This document shows, in pieces, positions 1 to 10,873 of a stretch of DNA of 64,000 bases (position 1 is the first letter of the stretch; each line of letters starts with the position of its first letter). The stretch spans positions 11,619-75,618 of IMG/VR virus record IMGVR_UViG_3300050821_023931; one strand, 5' to 3'. Source of the stretch: a virus. Position numbers and translations under genes: made by a program. The notes below the pieces were generated by a model that saw only the letters and a program-made list of their open reading frames with translations, was not told the DNA's origin and made no database searches.

Positions 1-3000
1 ATCGTAACATATAACTGATTATTTACTACAAATGTGCTAGTAACTGTTTGTTCACCAAATAATTCGATATACAATCTATTAATATAAACATCTTCGCCAG
101 GGACTTGAGATGATACTAATCCTGCTATAAATATATTTTGATTAGTCCATAAAGTAGCAATACTTATAGTTGAATCTAACCATTCAGGCACATCACAAAC
201 AAGTAAAAGCTCTTCAATACCATTTGGATCAAATGATAATTTTCTAACTTCGTTTATATTTATTTTCTCTTCTTTAAATAAACCTGGAATTCTTATAAGA
301 TCTGTTTTAGCTAACGGTGAAGCATCTTCTAAATACTGACCGTCTAAGTTATATAGTGCTGTTATTCTAAGAATAAGTTGATTAGTATCAAGATTTAATT
401 CAACATATGTTATATCATTTCTCCTTGAATCTGGTTCGATTCTACCAGATGCAAATGTAACATTATTATTGTCTGATAGTACTAGACCTTCATGGAAAGT
501 TGATATTGTTCCATTACCAAAATTTTCGAAAAGACCACCTTCAAAAATACCATCATACCATTCACCCTGGAAAATACCATTTAAGAATCTTGATTCTTTA
601 GAATTATAGTTGTAATCTACATATTTTGGTGTATCCCATGAGCCAATAAATAAACCATTACTTGTATCAGAAATATAAGGATCCCATACAGAACTTACAA
701 GATGTGCTGTATATGGCGTTCCACCGACATTAAAGCTTACATTACCGGTTAAATATAAATTATACATCACACGTCCTGTAATATATGGTGAATTAACACT
801 ATCAAGAACAAAAGGATACGTTGTAGAATTTGTATGTTTGTAACCATTAATTAATACATCAACATCAAAATTTCTATTAGTAGTATATTGGTTAAGATCC
901 TTTAAATTATGCTCAAGTCTATTATTAGATGGTTGTGGTCCTACTGGTATTGTTTTAGATGTTGCTGGTGTATGAATTCCTGGTAATTTTAATCTTGTTG
1001 CTATACCACTATTTAAAGTATATGTTGTAAATGAAGGTGTAGCTTTTTGTATACCATCAAATAAATTAACAAAGAATAGACCTTCTTGTGAAACAGATAT
1101 TGCTGGATCACTTGCGTATTTTCGTACAACTGGTGATCCACTAGTTGAGTACATATCTGTTACACTGGTAACATTATAAGAAGCAGCAACACTATTATTA
1201 ATTAATTTGGTTGAATAATTTATTGAGAATTTATTAATCTTAGTTGATGTATCATACAAATAAATACTTGTTGTATCTAATGCTATTTTATTTGCTATAG
1301 CTTGATAATTAATCTTATCTGCTATCATACCAGTTACTACAGGAGTGTTGATAGTTCCCCAATCTGTAATAACAGATAAATTAGCCGTATTAAATTTAGA
1401 ACCACTTTTTAAAGCATTAACCTGTATCGTATTATTGTTTATTGTAGTCGTATAATTTATATAAGCACCACTCAACTCAATTATATTATCTACAACATAA
1501 CCAGAAGTTGACTCTGATGAAAGTTGAAGATTGAATACAGCTCCACTAGTTGAAGCTAAACCAACAAGACCTGAAGCCATGTTAGCATTTGTAGTAATAC
1601 CAGTATTTATTTCTTCAAGTCTGTTAATAGTAAAAGGCTTACCATTGGTTGCTGAATGATTAGCACCAGCTTTTGTTTGTGCAACTAATAAGGTTCCTTC
1701 ATAAGTTAATGTGTAATTAGTAAACGAACTATTTGTAATATCTAATAAAGTTCTTACAAGTATTACTTGACTCTCATCACCGAGAATAAAATTTACCCAT
1801 CCACCATAAATGCCAGGATTAAATCCATCAATAGAAGATTGTGCTGGACTATATGCAGAAGTTGAATAAAGACCATTTGTACCAAAAGCAAAAGATGATG
1901 TACCATTTATAGGTGTGAAATCAGATAATTTATAAAGTGTAACAGCACCATTCTCAAAAGTTTCAGTAAATGTTATTGTATCACTAGCTACCTGAGCAAT
2001 AGTACCAACTTCATAATTTATTGTATTCAACGATCCTGATGTACCATTTAAATAGATAGGTGATGTGTTGACCGTATTTCCACCAATTAAAATATTAAAT
2101 ATATCATATCCACCAGTATTTGAACCTAATAATTGTATAGTACCATTTGTACCACCAGATATATTTACTGTTCCGGTATCTAATGTTCCTGTTATTGTTG
2201 TAGCAGTTAAAGAAGCTGTAGTTCCTGTACTTCTGAATATATCAAGAGATTGTCCTTTAAGATTAACTGTGTAACCATTAGAAATTATCTTATCTCTAAG
2301 TCTTCTTAACATATAATCCTGATCCTGACTAAATGGATTTATAAGTGTTTTAGCTATCGTTGTAACACCATCATTTATCTGAACAACATAAGGCACATTG
2401 TTATTATTAAAAGTTAAATTACCATAATAGAATGGATCTAACGCTATTCCACCAAAAGGATTTGAATTGAAATCGTAATATGACCCAGTATATGAACCCT
2501 GTGTACCATAAACACTATTATAACCATAAATGAAACTATAAGAACTTCCAGATGTTGCAGCACTAGATCCTGAAGAACCATAAATGTTATACAACACCAA
2601 TATATTATCATTACTCACTGCTATATCAATAGGTGTAACAGAATATTCAAAAGCTAAACCACTTGATGAGAAATTACTAATTACTTCAGGTGTGGGTAAT
2701 ACAAAATTATCTGAATTAGATTTTACGCTAACAGAACCATTAGCTAAAATAACAGCCTTACTTTTAAATGAAACAAGTTTACTTATATTTGGAAGATTAT
2801 CAGATATCAAAGTTCTATTTAATGTGGGGTTACCATTTGTTCCAGATATAGCTTCTAAACGAACCAAACTAGTATTATCTGTATAATATACTAAGTAGTT
2901 TGAATGATCCGTAAAACTTGAAACTGATATAAGATTAGCTTCGTCAAAAACTAAATCATTCTCAGAATGATTGTATAATACTTCTGAACCATTTAATATG

Positions 3001-6000
3001 CTTAAATTAACTGAACCGTTTTCGTTAATATCATTTATAGGTTTAGTCATACCAATATCGACTGGTATAAAATAACTCCAACCAGCTGTAGAAGCTGATA
3101 AATTTTTACTTACATATAAGGTATCCGTATTATCATAGAAATATAAACTGATACCACTCGTTGAAGAGTTCTTGATAAATTGTAAATCTTTTACTGTTCC
3201 TGTATGAAGTGTATAACTAACAGATGCTGTTGCTGAATCTATCAATTTTATTTTCGTACCATCCGAAACAGCAAACATTGTTTTTCCTTGATACGATACA
3301 GAAGAGAATTTCTTATCATTAACAGAAATAGACGATGAAGTTCCTGTTATTAAAGCTGTAGTTACAGTACCTGTATTATCAAATAATTGGTATAAAGAAG
3401 GAGAAGATACACCAACTAAACCATATAAAAGTGTATCTGTACCAGCTATATCAACGAGATTAGAAAGTACAACAGTACTAGTGAAAGCATTAGTAGCTTC
3501 TTGTACAATAGTATCATTTAAGACATAATTGAAATTACCACATCTGTCTAATGTTCGTACCGGTATATTTAAAATATTATAATTAGAACCTGGGTTCTCT
3601 TTAAACTGTTTGTATCGGCCTTTAGTAACGGTGTTATTTTGATATATGCAATTTGTTACAGCATCATAAGTAATGATGTTTCCATTATTAACAAGTATAT
3701 AATTAGAACTTTGTGAAATATTTGAGTCATATTGTGGTTCAACACTATAGAATGTATCATCTTGTGTACCACCTATTATTATTCTGTCTGGAACTTGTTG
3801 TGATCTGTATATTTCTCCTCCGTTAGTACCAAAGGATGTATTTACAGTCATATACAAATCATTAGTAGCTTTATTAAGAAACTCTGACCAAACATTAGCT
3901 CCAGGAGTAATTATTTCAGATTCCATTCTATAAACAGTACCATCATTGAATAAAAGATACAGACAAATACAATCAAAGGTTCCTGTGTTAAAAGTATCAC
4001 AAGTTAAATCTATGATTCCTGGAATAGTGTCTATTAAAGTAGATGTTATTGCACCTATTGAAGATATAGCTAGTTCATATAAACTATCTGCTAACATAAC
4101 ATAAAGATAAGTGTATCCGGATAAGTTAATACCTGTTATTAACCGATAACTTGTGTTGTATGTTAGTGTAAATGGTGTTCCAATACTTAGTAGTCTAGTT
4201 GATGTTGTAAAATATACATGACTTGCCGTACCAACTAATACATGTACTAAATCTAATATAGGCTCATTCGTTAACGATATAAGTTCTGTAGGTTGTGTTG
4301 AAATATTATTAGTAACCTGAATTTGGTACTGATTACCTTCATCATTTATAGATGAGAAATATATTGTATTAGTATCAGGACCAAATACCATTCTTAATGG
4401 TGTAAAGTTTAAAACAGGAATAGAGTTTACATAAAGATTAGGTAAACTTTCGTTAACCTTTATTAATCTTTCTATTGTAGATGGATCAGGACTTTTATCA
4501 TCACTTAACCAATATTGATAAGAAGTTGTAGAATTTACAAGATCTAGTAATCTTAATTTTGTATTAGGATTATTAAATCCTGCAATACCGGAAACGAAAT
4601 CTGTAAAGCCTATTACAGTAGAGTCTGCTGGGTATAACTCACTGGCAGCATTATATAAAAGTCTAGCATTCTGATAACCGAGTCTGATATTATTGACTTG
4701 GTAACTTAAAGCATTATTTGGGTTTAATTCATTCGTAGTAACACTATTATCTAATGAAGAAATATAGATTCTTTTTATTCTTTGTGTAGTACCAAAATCA
4801 GATGGTTCATTAACAATAAAATAAAAAGTATTGAATATAGTTGTTAATGTATCGTCAACTGTGATTGTAGAAACAGGATATTGTATATCAGAAATATCTT
4901 CAGTATATATTAGAGTTGGTGAAGAACTTAATATGAAAACATTGTTTTGTAAATTTAATGATACTTGATATATTAAATTACCCTGATATAAAAACAGAGA
5001 TGTTTTTTCTGTATTTTTAACCCGTATACCATTCATATAACCATATGAAATTGTGTTAGCAATACTAAATCCTGTTACACCTTGATTAACAGTATTTGTA
5101 TTAATACTGTAAATTTGACCATTTCTTAAATAAAGAATATCATTAAAGTTTAAAGAAACATCTGTTGTTAAAAGAAAATCTGCTTCTTCTACGGTAGCAT
5201 TATTGAAATTATCAGCAATCCATATATCTTTATAAACAATGATTTTAGTTTGTGTCTGTGTAGAGACTGTTATATTATTAATAGAATTAATATAATCAGC
5301 ATTTTTAGTCTGTTGAATAATTTGAAACTGTGTCTTATCTTTACTAACTCTTAACCATCTGTATTCAGTTACACTTATATTATTTGTAATTACATCAAAA
5401 TCATCAAGAAAATAAACCCAAGGAGAATTGTCTGATGTAACCATTTTACTAATACGGTTAAAAGCAAATATTTCTTTCTCTGGATTATTCAATATTATAC
5501 CGATAACATCAAGACTATCTGTATTCGTATTATATTCAATCACACGTTGATAAATTCTATCAGCAAACCAGAACAGACCAGTTTGTAATTCAAGAACATC
5601 AATACTATTGTTAATTACAACCAATGGTAATTGATTAGCCTCTGGAGGATTCGGATTATCTAATGTATCATCAAGACCATTGTATATTTTAAGTCTAGTA
5701 CCATACTGATCTCTATTGATAATATTGAATTGTTGATTATTAAATACATTCGGGCTTATATTATCAAAATCTTGGAATATTATATTGTAATCATTTTGAT
5801 AAAACGACGGTTGGTCTAATTGTATCCATCCATTACCATCTACATATATAACACTTGGTGCTGAATTCGATTGATTAGTAGCATCATTTCTACTTCTGTT
5901 GTTTAGAATACCACCATTGCTTTTATCTTTGAATACGCCAAGACCAGTAAGATATGTTCCACCTCTAAAATCAATGCTATCAACCCCAGCGTTCTCAATC

Positions 6001-8327
6001 GATCCATTTAGAAATATACCATTCTTGAATAACCCTCTTTTCCAAAAACCGTTATTCCAGGTTCCGTTATACCATATAGAGTCACCAAGAGCAAAAGTAT
6101 TATCTACATTTTCTGCTTGAGCATCAAAACTATTAGTCATGATTCCTTCCATCCAAACACCTGATAACCAAACACCCGATAGGTAAATACCGTTATTAAA
6201 ATTACCATTTTTCCAATATCCTGAACGCCATACTGCTTGTATATTGGTATTTGTTAAATCATCACTAAAAATAGAATTAAAGTTACCATTTTTGAAAATA
6301 TTGTCTTGAATAAGACCAGAATTAAAATCACCATTCTCCCAAATAGAAGTACCAACAACATTATAACTTCTCTCATTTATTAATTCATAATCAATAAATA
6401 TATCAGATGCTGATATGTTAGGTATAAATGATGTGTCAAGTGTGATTGTAAGATCATATTTGTTAATGTCTATAATTCTAAGTTTAGTGTCAATATTAGT
6501 TTTTACATTAGTAATTCTGTTTTCTGTTGTATTACTATCGATATTAACAACTAATGTTATTTGTCTAACAATATTAATGTTGGCAACTTCTACCCAATCC
6601 CAATATTTAAAATCATCTATACTCTCTACAGATAATGTGAGAGTATCTCTTGTACCATTTAATATATCTGTAAAAACCGTAAGAGTTCCTTTTTTATAAC
6701 CAGTCTGCCAGCTTCCAGCATTCCATACACCCTTACAGAAGTTAGATTTAGAAATTCTTGCATATTGAAGGTTTAATGGTATTGAAGGAACAACTGCATT
6801 AATGACAACAGCAAATCTTAATCTTTCTTGAAGATCCGCTGTATAAAGTATATTTATAATTGGGAATACATTCATATTTAAGAATGATTCACCTATCTGA
6901 TCCGAATAAGATTGTAAGTAAGTATTACCAATAACACTTTTGATATATGATATCAATATTTCATCACCTATTTTAAAATGACTTAGGTATTGTTGATCAA
7001 TTTCTATGTTTACACTAGTTCCATTTTGATAGATATTTAATATTCTAAAAGTAGAAGCACCAACCCATGAACCATTTATCCATATAATATCTTTAACTAA
7101 AATATCAGTAGCAATACCTGTTACTGGTGTAGAGTCGAATATTCCACCTTCCCAAATAACGGTTGAATATTCGGAAGATGCTTGGCCAGATTTGAATATA
7201 CCATTCCAAAATTTACCACCTTGTAAGGCTATATTTGTATAACTTCCAGAAAGTATATCAGTATCGAAAAAGCGTCCTGTATCAAATGAGTTTGGTTTAA
7301 TTGGTGAATCGCTAATAAGAATTTCCAAATTAAAATATCCTATCTCTTTAAATAAACGTTGAGTTATATCTGTTGTAATAGCAGATAATTCAGTATTTAT
7401 TTCTTTTATGAATACACTGTTATCAACAATAGAATCAATATTAAAAACTCTATCATTTTTACCAAGATTAATATATTTGTTTTTGAGTCTAAGTTGTATT
7501 GAAAACCCAGCATTATATGCTTGTTGAAGTTCATATGGTAATGATAGAAATTGAATTTTATCATCAGTTATGTTTAAATAATGATTGTTTAAATAAATTC
7601 GTCCAATATTTCCACTAACAAAAATATTATATCCAGCACCATTAAAATTATTAGCAAAAGTTACTATATTAATTCTTGAACTATCATTTGGATCCTTTAT
7701 AGAACCAAATTGGTTAAGTTCTTGATATTTACCTGTTTTATTAGAATTATATTTACTTGTAAATGCACCATATTGTATGGATCCTCCTATTACGGTACCT
7801 TGTGTAAATTGAGCTGGTGTATTAATATATTTATTGTTGAATTTAGCTGAATTTGTTTGAACAGGATTTTCTGAATCACCATTTTCTGAAATTTTAAATT
7901 CTCCAAACAAACCACTGTTAAAAATTCCACCATTAAATTCACCTCTAACAAATACTGATTTAGAAAGATATGCTTCCTTGATATCATTAACGCCTGGTGA
8001 GGTTAAATAAACCGTTGGTGGATTAATTATTAAACTAGTAATACCAGCTGATGTAAAGGATTCATTACCTATTGTAATAGGAATGTTAAGAGTAATACTA
8101 TTTGAATTATTAGTATTATCTATATCTAAAATCGTATATCCAGCAGCAAAAGGATCATAAAGATTATAGGCTGGATTTTCAGGTTTAGTAAATTTCGTGT
8201 TATCATAATTACCTCCATGTATAAATACTCTATCACCAATTGAAAGATTAGAATCTAATTCAGTATAAAATTTTAGATAGTTACCATTTAAATCTACATA
8301 ATTTAAAAGTTTAACACTATTTGACAT
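1..8327 (-). CDS. Giant putative virion structural protein (>2770 aa, 3'-truncated by window edge)
   Basis: ATG at 8327 (MSNSVKLLNYVDLNGNYLKFYTELD...). Long stretches translated by hand are stop-free and the frame is still sensible at position 3 (...FVVNNQLYVT). Absence from the ORF track is consistent with no stop inside the window. N/T/S/I-rich with (W/F)xxG pentapeptide-like tracts (WYNGTWNNGFWKRGLFKNG). Preceded by GATATATAA. Confidence 0.85.
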   Translation of the reverse strand, partial: MSNSVKLLNYVDLNGNYLKFYTELDSNLSIGDRVFIHGGNYDNTKFTKPENPAYNLYDPFAAGYTILDIDNTNNSNSITLNIPITIGNESFTSAGITSLIINPPTVYLTSPGVNDIKEAYLSKSVFVRGEFNGGIFNSGLFGEFKISENGDSENPVQTNSAKFNNKYINTPAQFTQGTVIGGSIQYGAFTSKYNSNKTGKYQELNQFGSIKDPNDSSRINIVTFANNFNGAGYNIFVSGNIGRIYLNNHYLNITDDKIQFLSLPYELQQAYNAGFSIQLRLKNKYINLGKNDRVFNIDSIVDNSVFIKEINTELSAITTDITQRLFKEIGYFNLEILISDSPIKPNSFDTGRFFDTDILSGSYTNIALQGGKFWNGIFKSGQASSEYSTVIWEGGIFDSTPVTGIATDILVKDIIWINGSWVGASTFRILNIYQNGTSVNIEIDQQYLSHFKIGDEILISYIKSVIGNTYLQSYSDQIGESFLNMNVFPIINILYTADLQERLRFAVVINAVVPSIPLNLQYARISKSNFCKGVWNAGSWQTGYKKGTLTVFTDILNGTRDTLTLSVESIDDFKYWDWVEVANINIVRQITLVVNIDSNTTENRITNVKTNIDTKLRIIDINKYDLTITLDTSFIPNISASDIFIDYELINERSYNVVGTSIWENGDFNSGLIQDNIFKNGNFNSIFSDDLTNTNIQAVWRSGYWKNGNFNNGIYLSGVWLSGVWMEGIMTNSFDAQAENVDNTFALGDSIWYNGTWNNGFWKRGLFKNGIFLNGSIENAGVDSIDFRGGTYLTGLGVFKDKSNGGILNNRSRNDATNQSNSAPSVIYVDGNGWIQLDQPSFYQNDYNIIFQDFDNISPNVFNNQQFNIINRDQYGTRLKIYNGLDDTLDNPNPPEANQLPLVVINNSIDVLELQTGLFWFADRIYQRVIEYNTNTDSLDVIGIILNNPEKEIFAFNRISKMVTSDNSPWVYFLDDFDVITNNISVTEYRWLRVSKDKTQFQIIQQTKNADYINSINNITVSTQTQTKIIVYKDIWIADNFNNATVEEADFLLTTDVSLNFNDILYLRNGQIYSINTNTVNQGVTGFSIANTISYGYMNGIRVKNTEKTSLFLYQGNLIYQVSLNLQNNVFILSSSPTLIYTEDISDIQYPVSTITVDDTLTTIFNTFYFIVNEPSDFGTTQRIKRIYISSLDNSVTTNELNPNNALSYQVNNIRLGYQNARLLYNAASELYPADSTVIGFTDFVSGIAGFNNPNTKLRLLDLVNSTTSYQYWLSDDKSPDPSTIERLIKVNESLPNLYVNSIPVLNFTPLRMVFGPDTNTIYFSSINDEGNQYQIQVTNNISTQPTELISLTNEPILDLVHVLVGTASHVYFTTSTRLLSIGTPFTLTYNTSYRLITGINLSGYTYLYVMLADSLYELAISSIGAITSTLIDTIPGIIDLTCDTFNTGTFDCICLYLLFNDGTVYRMESEIITPGANVWSEFLNKATNDLYMTVNTSFGTNGGEIYRSQQVPDRIIIGGTQDDTFYSVEPQYDSNISQSSNYILVNNGNIITYDAVTNCIYQNNTVTKGRYKQFKENPGSNYNILNIPVRTLDRCGNFNYVLNDTIVQEATNAFTSTVVLSNLVDIAGTDTLLYGLVGVSSPSLYQLFDNTGTVTTALITGTSSSISVNDKKFSSVSYQGKTMFAVSDGTKIKLIDSATASVSYTLHTGTVKDLQFIKNSSTSGISLYFYDNTDTLYVSKNLSASTAGWSYFIPVDIGMTKPINDINENGSVNLSILNGSEVLYNHSENDLVFDEANLISVSSFTDHSNYLVYYTDNTSLVRLEAISGTNGNPTLNRTLISDNLPNISKLVSFKSKAVILANGSVSVKSNSDNFVLPTPEVISNFSSSGLAFEYSVTPIDIAVSNDNILVLYNIYGSSGSSAATSGSSYSFIYGYNSVYGTQGSYTGSYYDFNSNPFGGIALDPFYYGNLTFNNNNVPYVVQINDGVTTIAKTLINPFSQDQDYMLRRLRDKIISNGYTVNLKGQSLDIFRSTGTTASLTATTITGTLDTGTVNISGGTNGTIQLLGSNTGGYDIFNILIGGNTVNTSPIYLNGTSGSLNTINYEVGTIAQVASDTITFTETFENGAVTLYKLSDFTPINGTSSFAFGTNGLYSTSAYSPAQSSIDGFNPGIYGGWVNFILGDESQVILVRTLLDITNSSFTNYTLTYEGTLLVAQTKAGANHSATNGKPFTINRLEEINTGITTNANMASGLVGLASTSGAVFNLQLSSESTSGYVVDNIIELSGAYINYTTTINNNTIQVNALKSGSKFNTANLSVITDWGTINTPVVTGMIADKINYQAIANKIALDTTSIYLYDTSTKINKFSINYSTKLINNSVAASYNVTSVTDMYSTSGSPVVRKYASDPAISVSQEGLFFVNLFDGIQKATPSFTTYTLNSGIATRLKLPGIHTPATSKTIPVGPQPSNNRLEHNLKDLNQYTTNRNFDVDVLINGYKHTNSTTYPFVLDSVNSPYITGRVMYNLYLTGNVSFNVGGTPYTAHLVSSVWDPYISDTSNGLFIGSWDTPKYVDYNYNSKESRFLNGIFQGEWYDGIFEGGLFENFGNGTISTFHEGLVLSDNNNVTFASGRIEPDSRRNDITYVELNLDTNQLILRITALYNLDGQYLEDASPLAKTDLIRIPGLFKEEKININEVRKLSFDPNGIEELLLVCDVPEWLDSTISIATLWTNQNIFIAGLVSSQVPGEDVYINRLYIELFGEQTVTSTFVVNNQLYVT

Positions 8328-8407
8328 CCAGACATATTTTATTATTGCCTTTATATATCAAAAGAATAATTATTTCAATAGATAATCGAGATGTTTTTTA
8401 AAAAATA

Positions 8408-8427
8408 AAAGGCCCCGAAGGGCCTTT
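8408..8427. terminator. Intrinsic terminator downstream of dnaK
   Basis: AAAGGCCC-CGAA-GGGCCTTT hairpin with A/T tracts on both sides. Confidence 0.85.
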
Positions 8428-8430
8428 ATA

Positions 8431-10302
8431 TTATTTTACTTCTTCATAATCTACAGTTTCAGCATCTTGAGGTGTCTCTGAAGCTTCTGTTTGAGCTTCT
8501 GTTGTAGCAGAATTTGATTGTATTTCACCATAAAACTTACTAAGCTCCTGATTAAGACTTGTAGTTAAAGAATCCATTTTCGTAAAGTCTTTAGAATTCT
8601 TAGCTTCTATGAGATCTTTAATTAAAGTTTCAACTGAAGACTTAGTTGCTGGTGTCACTTTGTCACCATATTCTTTGAATTGTTTTTCGGCCTGAAATAT
8701 TGTTGATTCAACAGCATTAAGTTTCTCAACTTCCTCTTTGAATTTCTTATCAGCTTCAGCATTTGCTTCCGCTTCACTTTTCATTCGTTCTATTTCTTCT
8801 TTTGTTAGAGATGTTTTATTATCAATTCTGATAGATTGTTGTTTACCAGTATTTTTTTCTCTTGCTGTAACAGTAAGTATACTGTTTGCATCTACACTGA
8901 ATTTAACTTCTATCTGAGGTGTTCCACGCATTCCTGGGGGAATTCCATCAAGAGTAAATTTACCAAGAGATTTATTATCAGAAGCTCTTGTTCTTTCACC
9001 TTGTAAAACATGTATTTCAACAGATGTTTGATTGTCTGAAGCTGTAGAATAAACTTCTGTTTTTTCTGTTGGTATAGTTGTATTACCATCAATCATCTTT
9101 GTAAAAACGCTTCCAAAAGTTTCTATACCAAGTGAAATTGGTAAAACGTCTAAAAGTAAAATATCAGTTGTTTCTCCAGTCAAAACGCCACCTTGCAGAG
9201 CTGCACCCTCAGAGACACAAAGATCCAAATTCAATGTTTTATTAAGTTTTTTACCAAAGAATTCTTCTAATTTTGTTTGTAAAGAAGGTATGCGACAGCT
9301 CCCACCAACAAGTAAGATATCGTCAATTGATGTTATATCGATATTTTCTTTTTTTAGACATTTATCACATAAATCAATAATTCTATTATTGAAAAATTCT
9401 ATCAACTGTTCGAATTTTGATCTACTAATTGTTTTATTTAAATGTAAAGGTACACCATTTAAAACTGTTATATACGGAAGAGAAATATCAGAAGAAGGGC
9501 TAGAGCTTAATTCGCATTTTAGTTTTTCGGATGCTTCTATAAGTCTTTGTAAAGACATTGTGTCTTTTCTTAGATCAAATCCAGTTTCTGTGAGAAACTC
9601 AGTGGCAACATAATTTATAATTGCCTCATCCACAAGAAATCCACCTAAATCTAAATCGCCATGGGTTGATACTATCTCAAAAATATTATCTGAAATATTT
9701 ACAACTGAAATATCTACAGTGGAACCTCCAGCATCAACAACTATTACAGTTTTTTCAGTATCATCTGGATATTTCACATTTAAACAACCAGCTGTAGGCT
9801 CACTAATAATCCTTTCAACTTGAAGATTGCTTATAATACCAGCATTTTTAGTTGCTTCTCTTTCTTCATTATTAAAGAAAGCTGGTACTGTAATAACAGC
9901 TCTTGTTATTTCTTCACCCAAATAATCTTCAGCAGTTTTCTTCAATTTTTGAAGTATCATGGCTGATATTTCTTCTGGTGAATAAACTCGGTCACCAATT
10001 TGAACAGCAGCCCTACCGTTTGAATTTACAATTTTGTAGGGGCGTTTTAAATCTTTCACTTGATCATACGTTTTACCCATTAATCTCTTAATGTTATAGA
10101 TGGTATTCTCTGGATTCATGTTGGCTTGTCTTTTTGCTGAATCGCCAACCTTTATACCATCTTTCGTGAAAGCCACCCAACTTGGGGTAGTGTATAAACC
10201 TTCAGAATTAGGTATAGTTTTTACTTCCCCACCTTCGATAATTGATACAGCAGAATTTGAGCTTCCCAAATCTATTCCGATTATTTTGTTTGATTTTGAC
10301 AT
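8431..10302 (-). CDS. dnaK: Hsp70/DnaK chaperone (divergent ATPase domain)
   Basis: GIDLGSSNS, IKRLMG, TVPAFF, EPTA, DAGGST, DILLLDV linker, STASDNQTSVEIHVLQGER, C-terminal VDYEEVK. Confidence 0.97.
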   Translation of the reverse strand: MSKSNKIIGIDLGSSNSAVSIIEGGEVKTIPNSEGLYTTPSWVAFTKDGIKVGDSAKRQANMNPENTIYNIKRLMGKTYDQVKDLKRPYKIVNSNGRAAVQIGDRVYSPEEISAMILQKLKKTAEDYLGEEITRAVITVPAFFNNEEREATKNAGIISNLQVERIISEPTAGCLNVKYPDDTEKTVIVVDAGGSTVDISVVNISDNIFEIVSTHGDLDLGGFLVDEAIINYVATEFLTETGFDLRKDTMSLQRLIEASEKLKCELSSSPSSDISLPYITVLNGVPLHLNKTISRSKFEQLIEFFNNRIIDLCDKCLKKENIDITSIDDILLVGGSCRIPSLQTKLEEFFGKKLNKTLNLDLCVSEGAALQGGVLTGETTDILLLDVLPISLGIETFGSVFTKMIDGNTTIPTEKTEVYSTASDNQTSVEIHVLQGERTRASDNKSLGKFTLDGIPPGMRGTPQIEVKFSVDANSILTVTAREKNTGKQQSIRIDNKTSLTKEEIERMKSEAEANAEADKKFKEEVEKLNAVESTIFQAEKQFKEYGDKVTPATKSSVETLIKDLIEAKNSKDFTKMDSLTTSLNQELSKFYGEIQSNSATTEAQTEASETPQDAETVDYEEVK

Positions 10303-10303
10303 A

Positions 10304-10744
10304 TTATTTTATTGTTATAGTTTTAGCCTTTTCAGGTTCGATTGTTTTTACTGGTATAATAATACTTAGTATTCCATCTTTCAATTCTGATGTAATATCT
10401 TCAACATCATACTCACCAGTAATAGTGAATTCAGCCTTACCTTTTGATGATTTAATCCATTCCTTTTGGATGAATTTTTTGTGCTCTTCAATGTCTTTTT
10501 TGTATTTTAGCCCTTCATCTTTTACTTCAACAGTAAGTATATCTTTGTCGATAGTAATTGAAATATTTTCTTTTTTTATACTTGGTGCAAGTATTTCAAT
10601 TAAATAACTTGTCTCGTTTTGACTAACATTTGCTGGTAATCTTGCTTCTAACTCTTCTGTTAAGGCTTTCAAAAGCTCTTCTGTTAATTCTTCTCCGACT
10701 TTAAGAATTTTCTTCAAATCGAAATCTTTTAAACTGTATTTCAT
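10304..10744 (-). CDS. Small heat-shock protein (Hsp20/alpha-crystallin)
   Basis: YLIEILAPSIKKENISITIDKDILTV...ITSELKDGILSIIIP...ITIK; immediately upstream of dnaK. Confidence 0.9.
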   Translation of the reverse strand: MKYSLKDFDLKKILKVGEELTEELLKALTEELEARLPANVSQNETSYLIEILAPSIKKENISITIDKDILTVEVKDEGLKYKKDIEEHKKFIQKEWIKSSKGKAEFTITGEYDVEDITSELKDGILSIIIPVKTIEPEKAKTITIK

Positions 10745-10775
10745 GGTAGTATAATTTATTTTGTAATTGTTGGAT

Positions 10776-10814
10776 TCAAATTGTTTGCCATATTAATTTA
10801 TATGACAAATTGTC
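10776..10814 (-). promoter_or_regulatory. Putative sigma54-type (-24/-12) promoter plus palindromic site for hsp20-dnaK
   Basis: Minus-strand TGGCAAACAATTTGA (10790-10776) has GG-N10-GA spacing; palindrome GACAA-A-TTGTC at 10804-10814. Confidence 0.5.
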
Positions 10815-10873
10815 CTAAAGTTTTTATAAGGCCTGTAAAAATTACCTATATACTATAGAAAGAAAGTTTTTGT

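Noticed and set aside
2065-7987. Short ORFs listed in the track within 1-8327
   Set aside because: They are antisense or out-of-frame shadows of the giant minus-strand ORF. The same applies to the small ORFs nested in dnaK, sheath, ligA and other long genes.
8431-10744. Bacterial chromosome or host contamination suggested by dnaK, rpsA, folA, nadE and ligA
   Set aside because: These genes are divergent and interleaved with sheath, tube, gp32 and gp47 genes and phage-type promoter motifs, at uniform AT content.
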